NCBI GenBank assembly: GCA_030681835.1
Contig: JAUXRN010000032.1
Location: 2,487-66,486, forward strand
Length of the DNA stretch: 64,000 bases
Origin: Actinomycetota bacterium
Lineage (GTDB): Bacteria; Actinomycetota; Actinomycetes; S36-B12
Reading direction: 5' to 3'
Every line of letters begins with the position of its first letter. Positions within the stretch are counted from its first letter, which is position 1. The notes under the pieces are model-generated. The model worked only from the letters and a program-made list of their open reading frames with translations, was not told where the DNA came from and did not search any database. This document shows, in pieces, positions 20,393 to 28,538 of the stretch. The position numbers and the translations under genes are program-made.

Positions 20393-21304
20393 TTGGTTTC
20401 GACGTTCCACATCTTGCGTCTGCTTTCCGGCTTCGCCCGGTCGGATACTGACGAGGCACGCACTTTGGTCACGTGGCAGAGCGCGGCAGGTGACTACCGG
20501 TCGGTTCCGCCCGAGGAGTGGACGACGTTCAATTTTGCGTTGCGCATCGCACGGCTCGGGACGCTCGTTGGTCATGACAAAATGACCGCCAGCCTTCACA
20601 ATCGATCACTTGAGGGCGGAGACACTCGCACGCGTAGGCCGCCGAGTGGTGCCGATGTCGAGCTTGCTATTCAGACTCCTGTTGGTTGGGTCAACCTCGT
20701 GCTTCAAGCGAAGCGTGCAGAGCATCGACGAGATAGTTCGCTTGCCTTCCCCTCCTGGAAAGCAGACCAGGTCCGGTCGCTTCGAGCGTGGTGCAGAGAT
20801 CGAACGGCGAGCGAAGGATCCGAGCGCCAACCTGCGATGCTTCTGTATCTCCCCTTGATTGGCCCGATCGACCGTGAATCCGACGGGAGGGTTCTCCAGG
20901 GCCTCTGCTGCTACGGCGCTTTGTGGCAGACCCCTGTAGCGAGCACGTTCGCCTTCGGTACCTCTCCCGAGTTTTCGCCTCTGGGCATCTCGATCGTCCC
21001 GTTCTGGTCTAGCGGCCGACTTCCAGGGTTGCTGGCCAGCGACCGCGCGACCTTCCGAGAGGCGTGCCCTCGCATGCATCCAATCGAGTGTCTGGCGTGC
21101 CCCTATTCCTCGGGCATGCGGGCGATCAGTTCGCCGATCGATTGGGGAGGTGTCTTGTATCACCCCGACATTCCCGAATGGGCACGTCAGGTTGAACAAC
21201 GAGCGAACGACCCGCGGAACTACGGCCCCGACCAGGAGCCATCGGATGAACAGACTCCGCGGCTGTCAGTCGTGATGCGCTCACCGCAGGACGAACCCGG
21301 CTAA
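20393..21304 (+). CDS. hypothetical protein with Mrr-like PD-(D/E)xK (QxK) nuclease core motif
   Basis: SGADVELAIQTPVGWVNLVLQAKR resembles the Mrr_cat signature (D...QAKR). The C-terminal ~190 aa is unrecognised and contains Cys/His (HPIECLACP). Start is proposed at TTG 20393 after GGAGAATGGGGGTGG, because the upstream part of the raw ORF overlaps the kinase gene. Start is uncertain. Confidence 0.45.
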   Translation: MVSTFHILRLLSGFARSDTDEARTLVTWQSAAGDYRSVPPEEWTTFNFALRIARLGTLVGHDKMTASLHNRSLEGGDTRTRRPPSGADVELAIQTPVGWVNLVLQAKRAEHRRDSSLAFPSWKADQVRSLRAWCRDRTASEGSERQPAMLLYLPLIGPIDRESDGRVLQGLCCYGALWQTPVASTFAFGTSPEFSPLGISIVPFWSSGRLPGLLASDRATFREACPRMHPIECLACPYSSGMRAISSPIDWGGVLYHPDIPEWARQVEQRANDPRNYGPDQEPSDEQTPRLSVVMRSPQDEPG

Positions 21305-21485
21305 CGGACCGTCTCATCTGACCCTCTGCTCGTGCCGTTGGTGCGGAGATCGTGGCCGACTTCGAGTCGTTCCTTCTCGAGGTCGGCGACTGGCGGGCCC
21401 TCGAGCCGCCGACTCGTTGGCGCCACTAGCCCTCCCCGACGGCTGGGCGACCTAGTCGAGATCGACAGTGGGCGCGATCCCGCGT

Positions 21486-22274
21486 TCAGGGGCGGTGAAA
21501 GGACACCGAAGGGTCGGCTCCGAGGAGCTGCCGGGCCAGTGCCCGGATGTGCCCGGGTAGTTCCGTCAGCGAGGTCATGGCTGGCACGTCTTCGGGCTGT
21601 CCACCTCGACGATGGCGGTCGATCCACACGGGCGTCAGGCCCGCCGCGCGTGCCCCGATCGCGTCAGCGGCGAGGTCGTCGCCGACGTACACGACCGCCG
21701 AAGCGGGCAGGTGCAGGGTCGAGCAGAGGGACTCGAAGGCGAGCTTGTCCGGTTTGAACGCCGGCAGGGCGCTTGCAGCCAGGACCGCGTCGAATTCGTC
21801 GAGGACGCCCATGCGGCGGAGCTTGTCCTCCTGCTGGTCCTGCTCGCCGTTGGTGAGCACGGCCAGCACCATGCCCATCGAACGGAGCTCGCTCAGGGTG
21901 GCCGTCACGTCGGGGTAGGGCAACCATGCACTGCGGTAGTGATCCAGGTAGTCGGCGAAGAGGGCATCGACGTCCTGAGCTCCGGACTCGAGGTCGATGG
22001 AGTCGAGCAGGCCGCGCATTCGCCGTCGGCGCTGCTCCTGGAAGTTGATCGAACCGGCGGCGTACTCGCGGAAGTGGACGTCCTCGAGCTCCAGCCACGC
22101 GGCGCCTGGGTCCCCTGGGTGGGTCCAATCGCGCGACGACAGGAAACTGACGATGGCTGAGCGCGCAGCACCCGCGTGGTCGAAGAGCGTTCCATCGAGG
22201 TCGAATCCCACCGCTGCAACCACGAGGGCAGCGTATGTCGTCCAAACAGAGGTTCTCCCACGAGCCGACGGCAT
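21486..22274 (-). CDS. HAD-superfamily hydrolase
   Basis: Motif I FDLDGTLFD, motif II VLTNG, motif IV YVGDD. The N-terminal start is uncertain. Confidence 0.8.
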   Translation of the reverse strand: MPSARGRTSVWTTYAALVVAAVGFDLDGTLFDHAGAARSAIVSFLSSRDWTHPGDPGAAWLELEDVHFREYAAGSINFQEQRRRRMRGLLDSIDLESGAQDVDALFADYLDHYRSAWLPYPDVTATLSELRSMGMVLAVLTNGEQDQQEDKLRRMGVLDEFDAVLAASALPAFKPDKLAFESLCSTLHLPASAVVYVGDDLAADAIGARAAGLTPVWIDRHRRGGQPEDVPAMTSLTELPGHIRALARQLLGADPSVSFHRP

Positions 22275-22346
22275 GGGCGGAGCTACTGCTGCGGGGCACC
22301 AGCCACGACGTAGTCCCGTGACGCCCCCTGCCGCTATCGTTCAGGC

Positions 22347-22574
22347 ATGGCTCCACTTGATCGCGTGACCCGGTCCATCGACGTGATGGGCGGCAAGCCG
22401 TGCGTGGGCGGCACCCGCGTGACGGTCGGCACCGTCGTCGGCCTCGTTGCGGCGGGCAAGTCGATCGCGGAGATCCTGGACGCCTACCCGTACCTGGACG
22501 AGCAGGACGTGATGCAGGCCCTCGCGTACGCCGCCTGGCGAGTCGAGGAGATCGAGATCCCGATCTCCGCATGA
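22347..22574 (+). CDS. DUF433-family antitoxin-like protein
   Basis: GGKPCVGGTRVTVGTVVGLVAAGKSIAEILDAYPYLDEQDVMQALAYA is the canonical DUF433 pattern. Confidence 0.85.
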   Translation: MAPLDRVTRSIDVMGGKPCVGGTRVTVGTVVGLVAAGKSIAEILDAYPYLDEQDVMQALAYAAWRVEEIEIPISA

Positions 22575-22948
22575 GGTTCCTCGTCGACATGAACCTCAGC
22601 CCGAGGTGGATCGACTTCCTCACAGCCGCAGGTCACGAAGCTATCCACTGGATCGACGTCGGCGAGCCAAACGCCCTTGATCGCATGATCCTGGAGCACG
22701 CCCACCGCAACGGGCAGGTCATCCTCACCCAGGACCTCGACTTCGGCACCCTGCTCGCGGTTGGCGGCCTGGCGACACCGAGCGTGATCCAGTTCCGGGC
22801 GCAGGCAGTCCTGCCCAGTGACGTAGGCGAGCAACTGCTGGCCGCCATCGCTGTGGCGCGCACTCACCTCGAGACCGGGGCGCTGGTCACCGTGGATCCC
22901 GTAGGGCATCGAGTCACAGTCCTGCCCATCAGCATGGGTGGTGCTTAG
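22571..22948 (+). CDS. DUF5615 (Mut7-C/PIN-like) toxin-like protein
   Basis: MRFLVDMNLSPRW...ILTQDLDFG. ATGA overlap with the DUF433 gene. Confidence 0.85.
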   Translation: MRFLVDMNLSPRWIDFLTAAGHEAIHWIDVGEPNALDRMILEHAHRNGQVILTQDLDFGTLLAVGGLATPSVIQFRAQAVLPSDVGEQLLAAIAVARTHLETGALVTVDPVGHRVTVLPISMGGA

Positions 22949-22992
22949 GTCCGGGCGGAGCATGAACCGGATCTACGCATGGAGTCCCGCCC
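22895..22992 (+). repeat. 98-nt degenerate direct repeat, copy B (last 54 nt of toxin gene plus 44 nt downstream)
   Basis: See copy A. 76/98 identities by hand. Confidence 0.6.
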
Positions 22993-23104
22993 TTTCCGTC
23001 GCCCTTTCTCGGTGTCGCTGGGTGCGACTCGGGGTGGCGCTCGGCGTCACGAAACCCTTTGATACGCAATAGCTCCTAGGGGCGGATCCATGCGTGGGGG
23101 CAGT

Positions 23105-23123
23105 CTCGTAATGCGTAGGTCCG
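23105..23123 (+). other. short copy of tRNA-Thr anticodon-loop/stem core (att-like)
   Basis: CTCGTAATGCGTAGGTCCG. The first 15 nt are identical to 26055-26069, and similarity ends after ~19 nt. Confidence 0.4.
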
Positions 23124-23167
23124 ACTGGGAACCGTTGCCGTTGTAGCCCAGACGAGGATCGGGCTCG

Positions 23168-24574
23168 TCAAGTGCTGACGTCTGGTGCTGGACTTTGCGC
23201 GTCGGCCGGAACCAGTTTGAGTAGGCGGTCACGGAGGCATTCGCCTACGGCGAGCGGGTCGGGGCCGCAGGTGGGGTCGGCGACGACGCTGATGGTCAGC
23301 TGCCCGGCGTAGGTGATGCTCGCGAAGGCGATCGTCGTGTTGCCTTGGTTGAGCACCAGCGGGGTGATTCGGGTGACCGGTGTGCCGACGAGTGCCACGG
23401 GGTGGGTGGGTCCAGGCAGGGCGGTGGCGAACGTGTTGACAAGGCGCTGTCTGTCGGTGAACCAGCGCACGAGGTGCAGCGCGTGCAGGACCCGGAACGC
23501 GGCAAGCGCCAGCGGTAGCGACGCTCCGGCGTCTTCGCCATCGCCTTCCAGCCGGGCGTGCCGCCAGGCGGCGACCGCAGCGATCCTGTGGGTGACCGGA
23601 CCTCGGGTGGGTACTGGGGTGGGCATGACTCCCACCGCGTTGGTCGCGGCCGCGTCAACCAGGCCGGCCCGGACTGCGGTGCTGCGGTGTCGGGCGGCGA
23701 CAGGGACGGACACGACGACCGGGTCAAGGTCCTGCCCGCGTTGTGCTGCCTGCTCGGCGAGGATTTCCGCGAGGACTGTGAGGACGGCGTCGTTGAGCGA
23801 CCCTCCTGAGCCGCGTGCGGCACTGCGCAAGGGCGCTTCGGGCAGGGTGACGGCTGCGTGGCGGCGCGCAGGGCCAGTGCGGCGGTTCAATGTGCTGCGC
23901 GGGGCGAGGGTGCCGTGGCCGATACCGAGCTCGTGCAGCGCGGGGCGCAAGGATCGGGCTACCGACGGTGCTCGCCCAAGTGCACGCAATCTCCCGGCCC
24001 ACGCGTTCCGGGCCAGTGCCGGCCACGACGGCATGGTGCTGGGCAGTCTCTGAGTGCCCGTGTCAGGACCGGTCCCCGTCATTACCGGTGGATCGGGCCG
24101 TGCCAGGGCTGTGAGGAGTTGGATGCCGGCGAGGCCGTCGGCCAGAACGTGGTGCAGCACGACAAGCACGGCGACGGGCGTGCCCTCCTCATCGGTGAGG
24201 ACATGGGCGGCCCATGGCGCTCTCCCGGGCGGGAACGGCTGGCTCATGAGCACGGTCGCGCGGGCGAGGAGGCTCTCGTCAGCGTGCCCGACCTGGTTCT
24301 GGATGGATACGTGGTCGCGAACCGAGCCGTTATCGGCTAGCCAGATCGGGTTCCCGGCCCCGAACGGCGGCTTCACCGGAAATCGGGCCAGGGATGGCAC
24401 TCTGGCGAGCCGTCGACGGAGGTGGTCGACCAGCTCCGCGGCGGTAAGAGACGTGGGCCCGAGGTGGAGCAGGCCGGCGATGTGTTGCGGCACCGGGCCT
24501 ACGTCGGCCTGCCACTGCATGAGGTCGCCGCCGGACAATCGAGCGATCCGCCTACCGTTCTGTGGCTTCGACAC
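23168..24574 (-). CDS. wax ester synthase/diacylglycerol acyltransferase (WS/DGAT) family
   Basis: 468 aa with the catalytic HHxxxDG motif (HHVLADG). Confidence 0.85.
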   Translation of the reverse strand: MSKPQNGRRIARLSGGDLMQWQADVGPVPQHIAGLLHLGPTSLTAAELVDHLRRRLARVPSLARFPVKPPFGAGNPIWLADNGSVRDHVSIQNQVGHADESLLARATVLMSQPFPPGRAPWAAHVLTDEEGTPVAVLVVLHHVLADGLAGIQLLTALARPDPPVMTGTGPDTGTQRLPSTMPSWPALARNAWAGRLRALGRAPSVARSLRPALHELGIGHGTLAPRSTLNRRTGPARRHAAVTLPEAPLRSAARGSGGSLNDAVLTVLAEILAEQAAQRGQDLDPVVVSVPVAARHRSTAVRAGLVDAAATNAVGVMPTPVPTRGPVTHRIAAVAAWRHARLEGDGEDAGASLPLALAAFRVLHALHLVRWFTDRQRLVNTFATALPGPTHPVALVGTPVTRITPLVLNQGNTTIAFASITYAGQLTISVVADPTCGPDPLAVGECLRDRLLKLVPADAQSPAPDVST

Positions 24575-24580
24575 GATCGC

Positions 24581-25204
24581 TCATCCACGCCTAGCTGGAA
24601 GCTCGGCCTGGGTCTCTGCTCGGCTGCGGATTCCAACGAGCATGCGTCTCATCATCGGGAAGTCGCCCACCTCCATGAGCATGAGGGTCACGGGCAGGAA
24701 GGGACCGAGCTGATAGCGGGCTTTGAGTCGAGTCACGAGTCTCGTTCCACCAGCGTCATCGGCGGTGAGTTTCCACGCCCACGTCGAGTCAGGCTTGCTC
24801 CAGACCAGCACCGACGGTTCAACGGCCTCAGCGACGACGAACGAGTTCTGGTCGTTGGCAGGCGAGGCCATGGGTGCGGCCACGTCACCCACGGCGACTG
24901 ACGCGAAGTCGGGCAGGATCTCAGTGGCGCTCGGACGCCCCAGATTGTCGAGCAGGTCGTAGGAGTAGAAGCCTGCTCGTCCGAAGCCCACCTGGAGTAG
25001 CCACGGCCACACCCGACCCGGCGGCGCGGCGATGGAGACGGCACGGGTCGCGGTGAAAGCGGCGCCATCGAGGAGGTCATCTCCGGGCATCGGCCTATTG
25101 ATCTCCTCGTCCGTGGCACCCCACCGCAGGTGCCAGGACCGGTACTTCGCTCCCGCTGTCGCTAGGCATAGGGCGACGCACGTTGCCAGTAGGAATCGGC
25201 GCAC
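24581..25204 (-). CDS. SRPBCC-family protein with N-terminal hydrophobic segment
   Basis: 207 aa. The RVWPWLLQVGFGRAGFYSYDLLDN pattern is recalled from actinobacterial SRPBCC/polyketide-cyclase-like proteins. It lies 6 nt upstream of WS/DGAT. Confidence 0.55.
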   Translation of the reverse strand: MRRFLLATCVALCLATAGAKYRSWHLRWGATDEEINRPMPGDDLLDGAAFTATRAVSIAAPPGRVWPWLLQVGFGRAGFYSYDLLDNLGRPSATEILPDFASVAVGDVAAPMASPANDQNSFVVAEAVEPSVLVWSKPDSTWAWKLTADDAGGTRLVTRLKARYQLGPFLPVTLMLMEVGDFPMMRRMLVGIRSRAETQAELPARRG

Positions 25205-25388
25205 GTCATTCAGGCTAGTGAGGGGGTCGAGACGTGTCCCGTCGTCTCGACCGTCAACGCACGACGATCCCCGCTCGACGCATGACCTGCCGCAGGGGCC
25301 GGGGCTGAAGGAAAGGGGTGAGGCTCTGCGCCGTGCAGGCCTGTTTTGGTTCCGTGCACGGGCCGATATTCGGGCCTATCGTTGTCTC

Positions 25389-25670
25389 ATGCAGACGCTT
25401 CCGATCTCCAAGGTGAAGGACCGGCTCAACGATCTGGTCGATGCCGCGTCGATCACGCACGAGCAGGTCACGATCACCAAGAACGGCACCCCGGCTGCGG
25501 TGCTGATCGGTATGGATGAGTGGGAGTCGCTGCAGGAGACGCTGTTCTGGCTGTCCCAGCCTGGGATCCGAGAGTCGATAGGTGAGGCGAGGGCAGATGT
25601 GGTCGCGGGCCGCGGCCACACCCAGGAGCAGATCCGGGCGGAGTTCAACGTCCCGACCCGTGATCGGTGA
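25389..25670 (+). CDS. Phd/YefM-family type II antitoxin
   Basis: MQTLPISKVKDRLNDLVDAA...VTITKNGTPAAVLIGMDEWESLQETL is the canonical pattern. Confidence 0.85.
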   Translation: MQTLPISKVKDRLNDLVDAASITHEQVTITKNGTPAAVLIGMDEWESLQETLFWLSQPGIRESIGEARADVVAGRGHTQEQIRAEFNVPTRDR

Positions 25671-25933
25671 GTTACGAGGTCGTCGTGACCGCCACGGCGA
25701 GGCGGGACCTGCAGCGAATCGCGCCGCGCATCGTCCCGGCGATCGTCGAGTTCGCGTTCGGTGACCTGGCCGCCGCGCCGCGCCGCGTGGGGAAGCCGTT
25801 GCAGCGGGAGCCCGAGGGCCTGTACGGCGCCCGACGCGGCCCCTACCGGAACTTGTATTCCGTCGATGACGACGCCAACCGAGTCGAGATCCTGCGTATC
25901 GACCACCGTTCCGACGTCTACCGAAGCGACTGA
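25667..25933 (+). CDS. RelE/ParE-family type II toxin
   Basis: 88 aa. GTGA overlap with the antitoxin. It has ARRDLQRI...YRNLYSVDDDANRVEILRIDHRSDVY. Confidence 0.8.
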   Translation: MSYEVVVTATARRDLQRIAPRIVPAIVEFAFGDLAAAPRRVGKPLQREPEGLYGARRGPYRNLYSVDDDANRVEILRIDHRSDVYRSD

Positions 25934-26054
25934 CCGAGGACGGCCGGAATGCCCCGGAAATGACCCGGAACAAGCACGGTGCATGGCCGGACATGGCTGG
26001 GTAGGCCCGGGGTATGCACGAGTAAGAGCGTGGCCTTAGGGGGCCGGCGAGCGG

Positions 26055-26099
26055 CTCGTAATGCGTAGGCCCGGGGTTCAAACCCCCGAGGCGGCTCCA
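26055..26099 (+). pseudogene. 3' half of a tRNA-Thr(CGU): anticodon loop to CCA, no 5' half (attachment-site remnant)
   Basis: It reads CTCGTAA (loop, U33, anticodon CGT, A37), TGCGT, AGGCC (variable), CGGGG-TTCAAAC-CCCCG (T arm), AGGCGGC, T, CCA. No complementary acceptor, D arm or anticodon 5' strand lies upstream. Confidence 0.6.
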
Positions 26100-26328
26100 C
26101 GGGAAATCCGTTGATCCCCACGAGCATGACCGGCGCCTGACCGTCGTGGCCTTGACCGGCCGCGGCCGGGTCCTGGCCGAATCCGCCATCCGGTTCCGCC
26201 CCGCCTACCTGGCCCACATCACTCGCACCTGGTCCGGCGACGAGCGATCCATCTTCGCGGACCTGGTGACGCGCTTCGCGGACGAGATCATCGCCACCCC
26301 ACCCCTCGGCCTTGAGGAGCCCGGATGA
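26100..26328 (+). pseudogene. MarR-family regulator, N-terminally truncated (wing plus C-terminal helices only)
   Basis: The frame reads ...SVDPHEHDRRLTVVALTGRGRVLAESAIRFRPAYLAHITRTWSGDERSIFADLVTRF. The DxxDRR...LT..G wing motif begins immediately after the tRNA fragment. The stop overlaps the next gene (ATGA). Confidence 0.65.
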
Positions 26329-26957
26329 ACATCACCGTCCTTGGCGCGACAGGGCGCACCGGCAGCCCGTTGGTGGAGGAGCTGCTCCGCCGCGGGCACA
26401 CCGTCACGGCCCTGGTCCGTGACCCCGCCAAGCTCGGGCCGGTCGTCGACCGGGTCCGCGTCGTCGTCGGCGACAGCACCGACCCCCGCGCCGTCGACGA
26501 CGCCTTGCACGGCGCCGACGCCGTCGTATCCGCACTCGGCCCCACGAGCAAGGAACCGGACCTGCACACCCGCACTGCGCAGGCGCTGATCGGGGCCATG
26601 CCCGCGGCCGGCGTGACCCGGTTCGTCGGTGTCAGTGGCGCAGGGATCGACGTCCCGGGGGACCGCAAGGGCACCCGCGACAAGATCATTTCCACCCTGA
26701 TCCAGCGACTCGGCGGAGCGGTCGTGGCCGACAAGCCCCGCGAGTACTCCGCGTTCGCAGCCAGCGACCTGGACTGGACCCTGGTGCGCCCGCCTCGCCT
26801 GATCGACGGGCCGGCCACCGGGCGGATCACCCACGACGCCCACGCGCCCGGTCGTGCAACCACGATCAGACGGGCCGACCTCTCGGTCTTCTTGGCTGAC
26901 GTACTCGACCAGCACCTCTACCCGCGGCAGGCGCCCTTCGTCTCAGCGGCGAAATAG
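26325..26957 (+). CDS. NAD(P)H-binding NmrA/SDR-like protein
   Basis: MNITVLGATGRTGSPLVEELLRRGHTVTALVRDP Rossmann motif. Confidence 0.85.
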   Translation: MNITVLGATGRTGSPLVEELLRRGHTVTALVRDPAKLGPVVDRVRVVVGDSTDPRAVDDALHGADAVVSALGPTSKEPDLHTRTAQALIGAMPAAGVTRFVGVSGAGIDVPGDRKGTRDKIISTLIQRLGGAVVADKPREYSAFAASDLDWTLVRPPRLIDGPATGRITHDAHAPGRATTIRRADLSVFLADVLDQHLYPRQAPFVSAAK

Positions 26958-27433
26958 TCTCCCTGGAGCACACTAGGGACGGTTCGGTCAGTCGCTGGGT
27001 TCGATCTCGCTGGGTCGCCAGGCTCGACCTGGACGACCTCGGCGAGGTACGCCCGGGCCGACGGTGCAGAACGGCACGGGCAAGCCCTCGCCGTCCTAGA
27101 TTCGTGGCGATCGTGACGGGACCGGCATCCAGGCCGCGTCCCAGCCGCCGGCCCGCCCGGGCGAGCGGCGTGCCCACCCAGACCGTCGACCTCGCGTCTT
27201 GCCTACGGTGCATCACCGAGCCAGCTATCGGGGCGCCGATGTCTCTCAATGCGATACATGGTCCGGCCGCGTCTAAGCCAGCAACGAGGCTGAGTGGCCT
27301 CGGGAATCCGGAGGCGCCATCAGGCTGCTAGTGGTTGGTTCAGCGGAAGTGACGGGGTTACGCTCTGCTCCCGGACGCTGGGGCGACCTGCCGCCCATGA
27401 TGATGATGCGACGAGCCTGAGAGGAGCGCAACG

Positions 27434-28411
27434 ATGTCACGACCGGTCTTCGACGCGAGCGAGCCCGCGACGCCGCTGGACTTCCGGTCAGCCGCCCAGC
27501 TCGTTCTGAGCTACCTCAATGCGAACCTTCCCTTGGCGCTGTGGTCGGTGACGCGAGTGGAGAACGGCCGCCAGACGTTCCTGATTCTCAACGAGGAGAA
27601 CGGTTACGCAAAGGTGCGAGGCGACTCCCACGCATGGGAGGACTCCTTCTGCATTCACATGGCTGCCGGCCGCGCCCCGGCCATCGCGACTGACGCTCAG
27701 GCGGTGCCTACCTACGCGATGGCCGGCGTCAACGAGACGACGAGGATCGGAACCTACGCCGGAGCCGTCATCCGTGAGCCGAGCGGCGAGCTCTTCGGAG
27801 CCATCTGTGGCCTGGATCCCGACCGGCACGTCGACGATGTGGCCCTGGCATCGGCCGGCCCTCTACTGCAGATGTTCGGTGAACTACTGACACTGGCACT
27901 TGCCAACGACCGCGTCCACGACCAGCTCGCCGTCGAGCTGTCGAGCGCCCGAGTCGCGTCAGAGACCGATGCGCTCACCGGGCTGGCAAACCGGCGATTC
28001 TGGGACCGGGCCATCGCGGACGAGGAGATTCGCTTCTCCCGGCACGCCGATCCCACGGTGGCCGTGATGATGGACCTCGACCGCCTCAAGCACATCAACG
28101 ACACCCACGGCCATGCGGCCGGCGACGACTACATCAAGGCCAGCGCTGGTGCTCTGCGTGACTGCGTCAAGGACCACGACGTCGTCGCGCGACTCGGTGG
28201 AGACGAGTTCGGCATCCTGCTCCGAGGCTGCACCACAGTCCTTGCAGCCGAGGTGGTGGATCGCATTCAACAGCGTCTGGACACGGTCGGCGTGTCCGGT
28301 TCCCTGGGTTGGTCACCCGTTACCTTGCTCCGCGGATTTCCGGACGCCTTGGCGTACGCCGAGGAGCAGATGTACGCGATGAAGGCATCGCGCAGGGTCG
28401 AGCGTGCCTGA
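27434..28411 (+). CDS. diguanylate cyclase, GAF-like sensor plus GGDEF
   Basis: It has an N-terminal GAF-like ~150 aa, DALTGLANRR, and an intact GGDEF motif (RLGGDEFGILL). An RBS (GAGAGGAG) is present. Confidence 0.85.
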   Translation: MSRPVFDASEPATPLDFRSAAQLVLSYLNANLPLALWSVTRVENGRQTFLILNEENGYAKVRGDSHAWEDSFCIHMAAGRAPAIATDAQAVPTYAMAGVNETTRIGTYAGAVIREPSGELFGAICGLDPDRHVDDVALASAGPLLQMFGELLTLALANDRVHDQLAVELSSARVASETDALTGLANRRFWDRAIADEEIRFSRHADPTVAVMMDLDRLKHINDTHGHAAGDDYIKASAGALRDCVKDHDVVARLGGDEFGILLRGCTTVLAAEVVDRIQQRLDTVGVSGSLGWSPVTLLRGFPDALAYAEEQMYAMKASRRVERA

Positions 28412-28493
28412 TCGAACAAGCGGGTCGACATGCGGCTCACGAATCGCCCCTTCTCGCGGGCCTTGACCCAGCCCATATATAGCGATTACGTTT

Positions 28494-28538
28494 CTACACA
28501 CATCGATCATCGATATATTTCGAACGATTACTGTGTAG
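28494..28538. promoter_or_regulatory. AT-rich promoter region with inverted repeat CTACACA-N31-TGTGTAG and repeated CGATTAC
   Basis: Read directly. This is the only strongly AT-rich stretch in this part of the window, immediately upstream of the DUF2975/HTH operon. Confidence 0.3.

Noticed and set aside
23060-23125. A possible complete tRNA upstream of the CTCGTAATGCGTAGG core, where TAGCTCCTAGGGGCGGATC looks a little like a D arm.
   Set aside because: I could not form a 7-bp acceptor stem, a D stem or an anticodon 5' strand. After the 19-nt core there is no T arm or CCA. It is best explained as a degenerate att-like copy.
26958-27433. A 475-nt apparently non-coding gap before the GAF-GGDEF gene, considered as a possible small RNA or gene remnant (minus-strand ORF 26866-27249).
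   Set aside because: No recognisable motif, structure or family similarity could be read in any frame. It may be a decayed gene or a long 5' UTR, but I cannot support any specific call.
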